A stretch of DNA of 64,000 nt from Octopus vulgaris (taxonomy: Eukaryota). Position 1 is the stretch's first letter; every line of letters starts with the position of its first letter. Shown here piece by piece: positions 1 to 12,676 of the stretch. Location of the stretch: positions 10,974,001 through 11,038,000 of the forward strand of contig OX597824.1 of the NCBI GenBank assembly GCA_951406725.2. Reading direction: 5' to 3'. The notes below the pieces were generated by a model. The model did no database searches. It was not told the DNA's origin and was given only the letters and a program-made list of their open reading frames with translations. The position numbers and the translations under genes are program-made.

Positions 1-48
1 ATGTGAGTTTGCTTGTTGCGACGTGGATAGAAGATGGTGATAACACAG
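1..48 (-). CDS. MAPKBP1: Coding exon of WDR62/MAPKBP1-family WD40 protein (runs off the left edge)
   Basis: Minus strand: pyrimidine tract + ttccAG acceptor (49-50), then C TGT GTT ATC ACC ATC TTC TAT CCA CGT CGC AAC AAG CAA ACT CAC = (G)CVITIFYPRRNKQTH. This resembles, from memory, human MAPKBP1 CVVVLFNPRKHKQHH, and the phase matches the 21011-21102 exon. Confidence 0.9.
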   Translation of the reverse strand, partial: MCYHHLLSTSQQANSH

Positions 49-145
49 CTGGAAGAACAATAAAAAAATATAATAAATATAATGATTAATAAATAAATAA
101 AGAAACAAAATAAATAAAGAAACAAAATAAATAAATAAATGAAAA

Positions 146-282
146 TAGCTTGTTTACCAACCACATGGTTACGGGTTCAGTCCCACTGCGTGGCACCTTG
201 GGCAAGTGTCTTCTACTATAGCCTCAGGCCAACCAAAGCCTTGTGAGTGGATTTGGTAGACGGAAACTGAAAGAAGCCCGTC

Positions 283-350
<68 letters not shown>

Positions 351-770
351 ATCCCCCTAGCATTGCTTGACAACCGATGCTGGTGTGTTTGTGTCCCCGT
401 TACCTAGCGGTTCGGCAAAAGAGACCGATAGAATAAGTACTGGGCTTACAAAAGAATAAGTCCCGGGGTCGAGTTGCTCGATTAACCCTTTTCGTTACTG
501 TATTTATTTTGAGATGCTTTGTGTTTCTTTCAATTACTTTAGATATAACAAAGAATTTAGTAAAATAACTTAGTTATCATTCAGCTAGTGTTAGGAACAA
601 AAATTGCGACTAAGGTTTGGTGGAAGACTTTAATTCAAAACTTATGAAAACAAGACATTTGTACTGCAGAGCCAAGGCCGGTTTTAGCCGGGTTGGTAAC
701 GAAAGGGTTAAAGGCGGTGCTCCAGCGTGGCCGCAGTCAAATGACTGAAACAAGTAAAAAAGTAAAAGAG
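146..770 (+). mobile_element. SINE family A (tRNA head, internal (TA)n(TG)n, (AAGAGT)n-like tail), interrupted by a piggyBac MITE
   Basis: B-box-like ggttcagtccc, ccttgggcaagt motif, same body as more than 15 other copies in the window. Confidence 0.88.
486..707. mobile_element. piggyBac-type MITE family D
   Basis: TTAA|CCCTTTTCGTTAC...GTAACGAAAGGG|TTAA; inserted at the TTAA of the SINE A consensus ctcgaTTAAaggcgg. Confidence 0.9.
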
Positions 771-1788
771 AATAATTTATTAATAGGTTAATAATAATAA
801 AAATATTAATTTCAAGTTTTGACACAAGGCCAGCAATTTGGGAAAGGGGTAAGTCAATTACATCAACTCCAGTGCTCAACTGGTACTTATTAATCAACCC
901 CGAAAGGATGAAGGTTAAAGTGGACCTCAATGGAATTTGAACTCAGAATGTAAAGACAGACAAAATGCTGTTAAGCATTTTGCCTAGCATGCTAATGATT
1001 CAGCAAAGCTGAACAGTTTCATTGCTCTGGGCACATCCCAAACTGGCCCAGCTGAGGGCACTTCTCAGCCAGGGAACTTTGAAAGCATGAAACATGAAGA
1101 TGGATTTCTTGATAAGAAAAGTAAACAACACTGCTGGTAGCTCACAACTTTCAAAAAACCCTAATCAAAACACACACACGGCTTTTTCGGTTTGTCTACT
1201 AAATTCACTTACAAAACTCAAGGCTGTAGTAGAAGACACTTACCCCAAGTAGAACTGAAACCAAAACCACAAGATTGGGAAACAAACTTCTTAAGCACAC
1301 AGTCATGTGTCTGTGTGTGTGTGTGCATGCGTGCTTCTGCACAGTTTCTGTCTACCAACTTCCACACACAAGCTATTGGTCAACCCAATCTAGGGTAGAC
1401 AATGATGTGTGGTTAGATTACACTCAGAAAGAGGTGTTGTGGCATGAACTTCTTAACCACACAGCTATGGTTCTATATTAAAACACACACACACAGAGTT
1501 TCAAGATTTGAATATATAATCTTTTAATTATAGTCCAGCACATTGACCTATCAGCTACCAGACCTTATATTTTGTCTCATGGACATTTCTGAATGTAGCT
1601 ATAGTGAAGAATTTCTTTATACAAGATGTTCATAACACAATTCCACCTACATTTCTCCAGAGATTTTGCTAGCTTGCTTACACTGGCTATTTAATCCTTA
1701 CAATACCAACACACACAAGATCATCTGTTACATGATGCAAAACCTCTAGTTTTTAAATCAAAACCTTCCATCATAATTCTTTAAGTTC

Positions 1789-2012
1789 ATCATCATTTAA
1801 CGTCTGTTTTCCACACTAGCATGGGTTGGGCGGTTCGACCGGGGTCTGGAAGCCATGGAGGCTGCACCAGGCTCTAGTCTGATTTGGCAGTGTTTCTACA
1901 GCTGGATGCCCTTCCTAACGCCAACCACTCAGTGAGTGTAGTGGGTGTTTTTTATGTGCCACCGACACAGGGGCCAGAGCAGGCTGGCAAACGGCTACAG
2001 TCGGTTGGTGCT
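1789..2012 (-). mobile_element. RTE-LINE 3' tail fragment (family C)
   Basis: Reverse complement of ggcgttaggaagggcatccagc...aacccatgctagcatggaaa...(tga)n seen at the end of the RTE at 17968-18997. Confidence 0.8.
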
Positions 2013-2505
2013 TTTCAAATAATTAGTAAAGAAATTGGTTATTTTACTAAATGTCTCCAAATTGTTGATTATTTTCAAAATTAATTTAAACCCAAAGACA
2101 AGAGTATTTCATTACAAATCTCATCTCAAAAGGGTTACTCAAGTGTATAAAATTTAACCTCTCATTGTGAAGTCTTGATATGAAGATATGCATCCTGGCA
2201 GCAGCAGCCAAATTGGGTCTTTTAGCAAACAGATAATTAATGAAAATATAGTTTATATTGTCTGCTACTATGTCTAGTCTGCTAACAGCTATTTAGATAA
2301 CCTTTGACATTACCCAACAATTGCTAACACTCGCTGTGACCCACAGAGACCTTAGTGTTTGTTATAGCAGTCTGGGAATTATGGATTAAGGAAGGACTAC
2401 TACTGAAGCTATTTTTCTAGAATGGTAAAAGACACTGGTGTAAATTTGTTTTCATAGTGAAATGCTCGGCAAAAAGTCAACCAAAATAATTTCTCTCTCT
2501 CTCTC

Positions 2506-2542
<37 letters not shown>

Positions 2543-2904
2543 TACTGTAAAGCGACAAACACAAAGTGTGTGACCCAATTTAGATAAATTGCCAGTTGAA
2601 ACAAATTTTCCTTCACATGTTCCACTAATGCCATAATCACCGAGAAAGAAAGACGTGAATGTCACACTGTCTCATCACTTACCCTCACTCAAAGTTGGTA
2701 GGTTTTTTTGTTTGAGTAAATCCATGCCCCACTCCAACACACACACACACACACACACACACAAATAGTGAGAGTTTGCCAATTCAGCAAATTTGAATTT
2801 TTACATGAACAGATGAACTCTTCCTAACATTAACTAACTAAAATTGAAATAATTTCTGAATGTTTTTCACAAGGAAAGGCTGAAGAACTTAAAGTAACTT
2901 AAAT

Positions 2905-3070
2905 AGGCGCAGGAGTGGCTGTGTGGTAAGTAGCTTGCTTACCAACCACATGGTTCCGGGTTCAGTCCCACTGCGTGGCATCTTGGGCAATTGTCTTCTG
3001 CTATAGCCTCGGGCCGACCAATGCCTTGTGAGTGGATTTGGTAGACGGAAACTGAAAGAAGCCAGTCGTA

Positions 3071-3140
<70 letters not shown>

Positions 3141-3360
3141 GTGTGTGTATGTTTGTGTGTCTGTGTTTGTCCCCCTAGCATTGCTTGACAACCGATGCTG
3201 GTGTGTTTACGTCCCCGTCACTTAGCAGTTCGGCAAAGAAACCGATAGAATAAGTACTGGGCTTACAAAGAATAAGTCCCGGGGTTGAGTTGCTCGATTA
3301 AAGGCGGTGCTCCAGCATGGCCGCAGTCAAATGACTGAAACAAGTAAAAGAGTAAAGAGT
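2905..3360 (+). mobile_element. SINE family A, full length
   Basis: ggcgcaggagtggctgtgtggt A-box and ggttcagtccc B-box head, (TA)n insert, aagagt tail. Confidence 0.9.
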
Positions 3361-4254
3361 AATATAATATTGTCTAGGAATACATAACAATATGTAGGAA
3401 GGGTCGTTATGTTTGATGAGTTTGCCATTGGAGTGTGAAGCAAGCTTTGAACATCACAACAGTTGCCTGGAGTTCAGGAAAGAGAAACTACAAATAAATA
3501 GTTTTGAATAAATATGATGTACCCGCTCTCTTTCTCTCATCAAACTCTACATGAGAGGCCAACTGCTCAGCCATTGTTAGATGCTTGTATCTACAGGTGA
3601 GACATAGAGAAAACAACCATTGATTTGATTATGGTGGTGAACCATTTGCTATAACCACGCAGACCCATCCAGACATTTTGGACTTGCTGGTAACACTAAG
3701 TTGGTGCAAAGTATGCCATAATCCCAGAAAACAACATATTTTAGACTTTCCGTGTAAAATATTACCTTTCCCTCGAGTTAGTAAGGCAACCAAAGTTAAA
3801 AAAGAACCTATCCACCCATAAAGCGAGATATTCTACACCATACAGCAACCTGGTGCTTAAAACTTAACTCAAAATAAGTTCCTCACTATGCAATACACAC
3901 ACATACACAAAAGCAAACTCACAATACACACACACACACACACACATACTTGTGTGGTTACATGCGTAAGCACCTGTACTGGCACATACTAGCACTTGTT
4001 GATAGCAAAGTAACTATGATAAAACTTGATATAAAGATCTCCAGTTTAGTGTGTTTCCACGAAAAATATTATTTCAATGTAAGCAGCAGGTTATGCAGAA
4101 AAACACTAGGGAGTTAAAATAGTAAGATAATAACACTGTTTCTAATTTCGGCAGAAGCCCAGCAGTTTCAAAAAGGAGGTTAGTCAATACCATTAGTCCT
4201 CGGTATTTGACTGATACCTTATTTTATCAACCAGGAAAGGATGATGATAATAAC

Positions 4255-4293
<39 letters not shown>

Positions 4294-4297
<4 letters not shown>

Positions 4298-4852
4298 GCC
4301 CTGATGCAGTACCAGGCAGAGGCTATCGTGGCTTCTGATCTTAACTGATTGGAAGAGTTATCATGTACATTGTTTTCTCTTGGTATAAAAGATGAACTTA
4401 CAGCAAATATTCTGCTCAATACCACAGATTTGCTTGTCGGTTGTTTGACCTTCACCAGTTGAGCATGTCCCTCGGTGGCTGACGATATGTGCATCTCTGA
4501 TCACGAGCAGAAGTAGAGGGGGTGCATCATAGCCGTGTGTTGAAAGGAATTCTTAGACGTTTGGATAATTCACCTTTGGAAACGGGGGTGGTTTGTTCAA
4601 CATCCTTAAACAATCCTTATTCAGGGACCTTTTGAGTGGTATGGGCTACTCGACCAGAAGAAAACTAGCTGGGCCCCACCTGCAAGGTCATGCGCTGTTT
4701 ATCTTGATATGAGATCACCATGTCGCGCACATATGGTTGTGATGCATGTGCCTGGTGTACCATTATCAGATGGGTAGTCATGATGGATATACTGGGTTTC
4801 GTATATTTTACCCCAGTGTCACTTTGATGGCATGCACTGCTCTCTCACTCAA
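4294..4852 (+). mobile_element. Non-coding ~560-bp insertion between two (AAT)n tracts, probable LINE 3' UTR or non-autonomous retroposon
   Basis: GC-richer block bounded by (AAT)n at 4255-4293 and 4853-4873; no ORF; family not identifiable from sequence alone. Confidence 0.5.
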
Positions 4853-4873
4853 GAATAATAATAATAATAATAA

Positions 4874-5160
4874 TGAAATTAATTTGTACAGTGCTCTGGT
4901 GCACAACTGAACAAAGGTGCATGTACAGTACATGGAATTATGTACAAAAGTCAGGATAGTAAACAATGTATGAGTCATGATATACATGTGTGCATGCGTA
5001 TGGAGGAAGGGATGTCAGGCGTAGTGTTGGTGAATTTCAGGAAGCATGGAGGTTTTAAAGGATGCAATGCCTCGGCAACTAAAAACTGATGCAGGAAGTT
5101 TGTTCAAAGCTTCAGCAACTCGTTTCCGAAAGTCATGGGAGCTGTGCCGTTTTCTGATTT
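4874..5160 (-). mobile_element. CR1/L2-clade LINE 3' end remnant
   Basis: Minus strand reads ...RVAEALNKLPASVFSCRGIASFKTSM..., resembling the RV..WN.LP.....FK C-terminal motif of CR1-group ORF2. Confidence 0.65.
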
Positions 5161-5233
5161 GGGGATGTTGACCTTGAAGGGATTTTGAGCTCAGAATGTA
5201 AAGAGCCTAAATAAATACAACAATTACCCAATT

Positions 5234-5566
5234 CTTTTATTCTTTTGTTTCAGTCATCTGACTGCGGCCATGCTGGAGCACCAACTTTAGTTGAGCAAAT
5301 TGACCCCAAGACTTATTGTTTGTAAGCCTAGTACTTATTCTATTGGTCTCTTTTTCCCGAACCACTAAGTTACAGGGACGGAAACACACCAGCATCGGTT
5401 GTCAAGTGATGTTGTTGCACAAACAGACACACAAACACACACATACATATAAGATGGGCTTCTTTCAGTTTCCATCTACCAAATCCACTCACAAGACTTT
5501 GGTCGGCCCTAGGCTATAGTAGAAGACACTTGCCTAAGGAGCCACGCAGTGGGACTGAACCCGAAC
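5234..5566 (-). mobile_element. SINE family A (5'-truncated)
   Basis: Reverse complement of the family A body and tail. Confidence 0.85.
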
Positions 5567-6099
5567 AATAATTTTTTACTTTTTTAGATTCTAATTTCTT
5601 TTCCGTTCTAATTTTTTACTGGCCGTGTGCCAACAATTTTGAAGGGAGAGGGAAGTTGATTACATCGAACCCCACTGCACAACTGGTACTTATTTCATCA
5701 AACCCGAAAGGTTGAAAGGCAAAGCTAACTTCAGTTGCATTTGAACTCTGGACGTAAAGAGCTGAAAGAAATGTTGCTAAGCATTTTGTCAGTATGGCAA
5801 TGATTCTGCCAGCTTGCTGCCTTACACAGATTGGCACAACACCTGAAGGTTTAAGAGAAAAGAAGAGTCTATTATATTGACTCATTCCAATAGTTATCAC
5901 CCCTCCCAACCACCCAATACTTATCACCCCTCCCTACCACCCAAGATGGTTGAAAGACAAAGATGACCACAGCAGAATTTTAATCTAAAACAAAGAATAC
6001 AAAAAATACAATTCCTTTTGTCCAATTCTCTCAGGAATCTGCCATTACATACAAAACAAGTTTTACAAAAAGAGTTACAAAATATGTGAAGATGTACCT

Positions 6100-6327
6100 A
6101 TTTCTTTACTACCCCCAAAGGGCTAAACACAGAGAGGACAAGCAAGGCCAGACAAATAGAAGTCAATTATATTGACCCCAGTCCGTAACTGGTACTTATT
6201 TAATCGACCCCGAAAGGATGAAAGGCAAAGTCAACCTCGGCGGAATTTGAACTCAGAACATAGCGGTAGACGAAATACTGCTAAGCATTTCGCCTGGCAC
6301 CCTAACGATTCTGCCAGCACACCACCT
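6100..6327 (-). mobile_element. SINE family B (tRNA head, gactttgcctttcatcctttcggggtcgataaa central domain)
   Basis: Full length with 17-bp TSD tatgtgaagatgtacct (6083-6099 and 6328-6344). Confidence 0.9.
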
Positions 6328-6641
6328 TATGTGAAGATGTACCTGTCATAAACTGGAGCGAAGTAAAACAAAAAACAGGCCGTGTAGATAACATATTGAA
6401 AGAGATGGCTATATGCCAGGTGATACACACACACATGCACACAGACAGATGTACACCTATTAAACTGCCCAATCCATGCCAGCATGGAAAACAGACATTA
6501 AATGGTGATGCTGTTAAGGATGATTTAAATACTGAAGTGTTAACAGCTCAATGAAAATTATGAGGAGTTTTTACTTAAACAAGCCAACAAGGAAGTTTAT
6601 GTAGCCAAACATGCCAGAAATAATGGTTAAATATCCTTTAA

Positions 6642-6863
6642 ACCTTTTGATACCAACCCACCTGAAACCACCTCTGGCTCTGTTGTACAAATGTCTTGTT
6701 TTCAAAAGTTCTGAATTAAAATCTTCCACCAAACCTTAGTCACAATTTGTGTTCCTAACACTAGGTTAATGATAACTAAATTATTTTACTAAATTCTTTA
6801 TTATATTTAAAATTAATTAAAAGAAACACAGAGCATCTCAACAGAAATATGGTAACGAAAGGG
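6642..6863. mobile_element. piggyBac-type MITE family D (reverse orientation)
   Basis: TTAA flanks, GTAACGAAAGGG terminus, same internal sequence as 486-707. Confidence 0.85.
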
Positions 6864-8081
6864 TTAAATAATACCTTACTATCTTAAGAAAAAGGAACCA
6901 CAAATTGGATTGCCTAATCATAGATACACTATAGGTAAGAATAAAAATAACACACCAAGGTAAACACATTAAGGTAAACAAAAAAAAAATGCAAAGAAAC
7001 AGCTGCAATATCTTTATCATAGATTTGTCGGATTACAGTTGACCTGTGGTTAACCAACATTAACGAAGCAGCAAAAAAAAAAATCATTTTTGCACCTCTT
7101 GCTATAAATATATATATATACATTGAAAATGTATAGCTTTATCTTATCAATCAACTGAGTCCACATGGATGATCATTTATCAGGTAGTGTATATATACTG
7201 CTAAAATCATAATTGCTTTAACACGAGTGGGGGAAATGCAAAGTTCACTTTATACAACTTTAAAAAGTATATTCAATCCCGAAATAACATGAAAGAACCA
7301 GCAGGATTTCAAAAACGATAGAGCTGGATTAATATTGATTTCGTTTCAAATTTACTGAGCATGTGTGCATCCAGAGAGGGAGAAAGAAAAAGAGGAAGGA
7401 AGAGGGGAAGAACAATAAGTAAAGAGCTCGCTTGTAAGCTGGGCTGCCAGGTGCTGCTCTGTGGCTCATATCATGTATTATCAACATTTTGTGTTTATCA
7501 ACAAACCAAACATTAGGAACATTGCACTGAATATCATCAGTGTCAGTTACATGTAAATATGAAAACTAAAACAGAACAAATGTAGTTGTTGCTGCTGTTG
7601 TTGTTGTTGGTAGTGGTGTTGTTGCTGCCATAATTATAGTGGTGGTAGTAACAGATAGTTTTGTTTCTCCAAAGACAGATCCTACCTGAAACTTTAGATT
7701 TCTCTATACCACAAGGCAAAATAATTAAATGCACTTTGTGAACTTTTTGCACTTATTATCCCACTGATGAAGATCCCCCTCCTGACCCTACCACATCACC
7801 AGTTTTCTGGTGGGGGGGGGGTTCTGCTGTTTTAGTTTAAACAAGAAGACTTGTAAGACAAGTTGTAATCACACGCTTGATTAAAGTTTGAGTGTCTGCA
7901 GCATTTCCCAAAATTATCGAATCAATTACAGCCCGATTAGGCTGCAGAGATAATGAATACTATGTTGAAAGTTGCTTCATGAAAACAAAGAAGAATGAGC
8001 AAGATTTGAACCCAAAACATTGAGATGCCCAATAGCAGTTAAATGTATCATATTCAATCATGGATAGTGACCGATATTTAA

Positions 8082-8301
8082 CCCTTTTGTTACTGTATTT
8101 ATTTTGAGATGGTCTGTGTTTCTTTCAATTACTTTAAATATAACGAAGAATTTAGTAAAATAACTTAATTATCATTCAGCTAGTGTTAGGAACATAAATT
8201 GTGACTAAGGTTTGGTGGAAGATTTTAAATCAGAACTTATGAAAACAAGACATTTGAACTCGGAGCCAGAGCCAGTTTCAGGTGGATTGGTAACAAAAGG
8301 G
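8082..8301. mobile_element. piggyBac-type MITE family D
   Basis: TTAA|CCCTTTTGTTAC...GTAACAAAAGGG|TTAA. Confidence 0.9.
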
Positions 8302-8409
8302 TTAAGTACAAAGGCTTGTATTCAAACTTCGGTATGGACATTGTTCTATGCTACCGATCTAGTGAAGGAATCTCTTACATCTTCATTCAACATTAAAGAG
8401 AAATAGCAG

Positions 8410-8818
8410 CACAAGGCCAACAATTTTTTAGGGGAGCGTGTAAGTCGATTACATTGACCCCAATGCTTAACTGGTACTTATTTTCTGACCCTGAAAGTAT
8501 GGAAGAAAAGTTGACCTAGGCAGCATTTGAACTCGGTCTATGAAGAGCTACAAGCAAAACAGCTAAGCAGTTTGATGAGCTAACAATTCTCCCAGCTCAC
8601 CATCTTACATCCATTAAATAATTCTTTCTACTATAGGCACAAGGCCTGGAATTTGGGGGAGGGGACCAGTTGATTACATCGACCCCAGTGTTTCACTGGT
8701 GCTTAATTTATTGACTCCGAAAAGATGAAAGGCAAAGTCGACCCCGGCAGAATTTGAACTCAGAACACGAAGACAGATAATATACTGCTTAAGCATTTTG
8801 CCCAGTTTGCCGCCTTAA
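8410..8818 (-). mobile_element. Two tandem SINE family B copies (alternative ccttgtgcctatagtagaaag tail)
   Basis: Central domain atgaaaggcaaagtcgacc and tRNA-like head seen twice. Confidence 0.75.
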
Positions 8819-9864
8819 CATCCATTAGATAATGTAGTCACACAAAAACCTTGAAAAAAAGAGGGAGCAGGGGACAGGAATTGTCACACTTGGAATACAT
8901 TGGAATTTGCTCCTTGGTCTACTCAAAAGACTGTATCTCTATATCTCAACTAAAGTTTTATGAAACTCCGGTTATCTTTGCATCAGTTTTACAATGCTAG
9001 ACTCTTGCCGACATCAAAAGATTCAAAAACAAAGCCTCGGTCTCTCCCTTCCCACCCGCTCCACAATCAAAACTACATCATTTAATCAAGCATAGTTTTA
9101 GCTTTATTAACCTCACCAAAAACAAAAAAAATGCAATCTAGCCGACCCCTGCCACGAAGACACATTTTTTGTCAGTTGCTTTACAATTAATGAAATATGC
9201 AATACATGCATCAGTTATATTTAGCCTTCTAAACTACATCCGGCATTACAGAGCTTAAGATGTACAGCAGCACCCTCCAGTGATGGCACTGAGACCCCTC
9301 CTTTTAAAATGCAGCCCCAGCTTGCCTGGTCCCTTTGAAACAGCCTCTTCTTTCACCATCCCCTCTCTTCTTAGATCACAATTTAATATCCCCTCTTCAC
9401 ACACAAATACATATATACTCACATTCACACACATATCTATATGCAAGTAAACACACACATCATGTATATGTGTGTGTGTGTTTGCATCCCCTAGACCGCA
9501 CTTCCTTTAGCATTTATGCCCCAAGAACACAGTTACCTCACATTGTTTTTTATCTTACGCAGCTTTTTTATCTTATACACCTTTTCTGTCTGCAACCTAT
9601 CATTCTTTTGATCTGTAGACCAATGTTCCTACTGACAGGATATATTGTTGCTGTTGTTGCTGCTGTTGTTGTTGTTATGTGTTAAAGAAGAAACATAAGA
9701 GGCTACATGTCTTGTATTATTTAGTTAGGTTTCCACTACATTCTGATTTCAAATTTCACTAAACTCAAAATTTGCCATTCACCTTTCCATGGTCTGATAA
9801 AAAAAAAATAAAGATACCTAACAATACTAAGAATGATTAAAACCAACAATATTACAGTTTCATT

Positions 9865-9993
9865 CTGCTGAAGTCGACTTTGCCTTTCATCCTTTCGAGG
9901 TCGATAAATTAAGTACCAGTTTTGTACTGGGGTCGATTTAATTGACTGGCCCCCTCCCCTAAAATTTTGGGCCTTGTGCCTAGAATAGAAAAG
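9865..9993 (+). mobile_element. 5'-truncated SINE family B
   Basis: 17-bp TSD aatattacagtttcatt (9848-9864 and 9994-10010). Confidence 0.85.
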
Positions 9994-10182
9994 AATATTA
10001 CAGTTTCATTTTTTGTTCATGCTGACCTATTTTTGTTGATTTTCTAAAAATCTAAAAAAAAATTATAATTTGTTAAAACCAATATTCCCACGTGTGTATT
10101 TTACAAGTATTTAATAGTATAAATAATACCAAATGGAAAACACATTCATTACAAAAGCCTTATTGAAACCTTCAGTCTAAAC

Positions 10183-10450
10183 CAGTGTTTCTCAACCATT
10201 TTTCTTATTATTTAAGGATTCCTTTGACTATTTTATTTGGATGGACCTTCCTAGCCATTTCATGTGGAAAAAAAAACAACTGATATTTTTATAATTAAAT
10301 ATTATTTGGAACTGTATAAAAATATTTTGTGTACTGTAGAAGTATAAACCAACTTATTGCAGACAAATTTTAACAAAATCTTACACAGACCCCATCAAGG
10401 GCCATATGGACTCCATCAAGGGCCATATGGACCTCAATTAAGAACCACTG
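10183..10450. mobile_element. hAT (Charlie-like) MITE
   Basis: TIRs CAGTGTTTCTCAA / TTAAGAACCACTG, degenerate 8-bp TSD gtctaaac/gtcttaag; related to 46830-47071. Confidence 0.75.
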
Positions 10451-10974
10451 GTCTTAAGCTAGTCATTTCCAGTTTAGAAGATGGCAATGAAATGTTTTGC
10501 TTTATTACAATAGTGGAAACAGAATTCTACTATACCAAAGTTAGAAATCTTTATTAATATTGTTGTTGGGTTTGGGTTTTTTTTTCTATATAAGTAAATG
10601 GTTTTGAAGAATGTAAGAATGCATTATTATTGCTGTCTATATTGCCTCCCCGCCAAAAAAAAATATTTAATATCTACATCTTCAAATTTTATTTTAATAA
10701 ATTAAATGAAGACCCATTATTACTATTAGAAAACAAAGAAGGACATATTAGATAATGTCACCCTATGTACACCAAGTCTGAAAAATAGACAGGATGGTCA
10801 AAGCTGGAATGCGTTATATCATAGGTTACCTAGATCAGGAGGTGGAGCTGGATTTAAACAACATCAAACTTTACAACTATAATATCAAATATCTTGTTTT
10901 TGTTTTGTTTTTTTTTCATTTTATCATGCAAGACCATCATGGTGTACTATTGGTACCCATTTGAGCCAAAGAGG

Positions 10975-11180
10975 GAGCTTCTATGTGGTAACCTAGCCTG
11001 CTAGAAACAGCAGCGGGATTTCCCTCAAATCAAACTTTAAAGGTGCAGGATAGGGTACACATTGAATAATGTGGTCCTTGTTCAAAATTCCTTCAGGAAA
11101 CCAAAAGTTGCAATGGTTATGGCTTGGCAGGCCTTTGATCATAGGCCTGGTCAATCAGAGCAGACCCAGGGTTAAACAAG
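10975..11180 (+). repeat. Old dispersed repeat family H ((AAC)n-tailed), representative copy
   Basis: Motifs ctagaaatagcagccaaatctccctcaaat...ctttgatcataggtctg...ggggctaaacaac recur at about 10730, 12900, 17300, 27940, 32300, 33290, 47720, 54400, 57160 and 59700. Confidence 0.7.
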
Positions 11181-11526
11181 AAGTACTTATTTCATCACTT
11201 TCAGAAGAAAGGAAGAGGAAGTGATAACAGGAGGAAAGATTTCAGCTGTCATAAAGTAAACAGTTTATCTCTACTAATTCAGCTACAATTAACACTAAAT
11301 CATAATAAATTAACCTAAAACAGAAATAATAAAGGTTGCTATTTCAAACTGCTTTGTCCCGTACCAAGTCACTTAAGTGCAGAGCAGGGAGGGGGTTGTT
11401 TATTTTGAAAATCTCAGTCCTTGCATGTAAATGTTTTCACAGCAAAATACCCTCCTTACTACTGTAAGGAGGGTGTCTTACTACTGTAGCACAAAAGTAA
11501 AACACAAGTGATAGTGCTATATTGAT

Positions 11527-11927
11527 AGGCAGAGGAGTGGCTGTGTGGTAAGTAGCTTGCTTACCAACCACATGGTTCCGGGTTCAGTCCCACCGTGTGG
11601 CACCTTGGGCAAATGTCTTCTACTATAGCTCCGGCCGACCAAAGCCTTGTGAGTGGATTTGGTAGACGGAAACTGAAAGAAGCCCGTCGTATATGTATAT
11701 ATAACTGTGTGTGTGTATGTCTGTGTTTGTCCCCACCAACATCGCTTGACAACCAATGCTGGTGTGTTTACGTCCCCGTAACTTAGCGGTTCGGCAAAAG
11801 AGACTGATAGAATAAGTACTAAGCTTACAAAGAATAAGTCCTGGGGTCAATTTGCTCGACTAAAAAAGGCGGTGCTCCAGCATGGCCACAGTCAAATGAC
11901 TGAAACAAGTAAAAGAGTAAAGAGAGA
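11527..11927 (+). mobile_element. SINE family A, full length
   Basis: Head, body and tail match 2905-3360. Confidence 0.9.
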
Positions 11928-12029
11928 GTGTATTCAGACATGCTAACTGATATACAATACCCACAGACTCAATAGACAAGTCAACAAGTGAGTCTATAAG
12001 CTAAAAATAGCAGCGAAACTATAAACTTG

Positions 12030-12336
12030 CACTCTGTCAGTCATGACAACAAGGGTTCTAGTTGATTCGGTCAATGAAACAACCTGCTCATGAAATTAGT
12101 GTGTAAGGGGCTGACACACACCCCCTTAATGTGGTTCTCAGAGAGATTCAGCATGACACAGAATGTGACAGGTCGACCCTTTGAAATACAGGTGCTATTC
12201 ATTCTTGCCAGCTGTGTGATCTGGAGCAATGTGAAATAAAGGATCTTGCTCAAGGATACAACATACCACTGGGAATCAAACTAATGACCTTACAATTGTG
12301 AGCGGAATTCCCTAACCTCTAAGCCATACGCCTTCA
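12030..12336 (-). mobile_element. SINE family F (tRNA head + ccttgagcaagacactttatttcac MetaSINE-like domain); second copy 14390-14675
   Basis: Minus-strand tRNA-like A/B boxes followed by a domain shared with 14390-14675 and 23447-23781. Confidence 0.75.
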
Positions 12337-12456
12337 CCAGCAAAATCATACCTAATCATCATTTAATGTGTTTTCCATCCTGGCAATGGAAAACTCCAAC
12401 ATCTGCTTTGGCATGTTTCTATGGCTGGATGCCTTTCCTAATGTCAACCAATTTAT

Positions 12457-12676
12457 CCCTTTAGTGTTTAAACCGGCCATATCCGGCCCAAATATTCCAC
12501 ATGTTTTATATTCGAAGTAGCCATATCTAACCTCTCACACCTAACCTACATTGACATTCTAAAAATAAGCAATCACATCATTGAAACCCCAAAGCTATAA
12601 GATAATGCTTGATTAATTCAAAATAATTTGAGTAAAAAAATATTACATTTAACAGAGTAATCTGAATACTAAAGGG
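12457..12676. mobile_element. piggyBac-type MITE family E
   Basis: CCCTTTAGTG...TACTAAAGGG termini; near-identical to the TTAA-flanked copy 57271-57491; flanks here are TTAT/CTAT. Confidence 0.82.

Noticed and set aside
2676-2700. Strong minus-strand donor GG|GTAAGT as an extra exon
   Set aside because: No matching acceptor or coding homology, and the flanking exons already join in frame.
2905-2975. Functional tRNA genes at SINE heads
   Set aside because: A/B boxes are present, but there is no complete cloverleaf and each continues into a SINE body.
2889-3225. Recurrent ORFs such as MSSNARGTNT...TTQPLLRL
   Set aside because: Translations of SINE family A and its internal microsatellite, seen at every copy.
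11449-11474. 11-bp hairpin accctccttac-tact-gtaaggagggt as a terminator or ncRNA
   Set aside because: Short, adjacent to a local duplication (cttactactgta); likely a repair scar.
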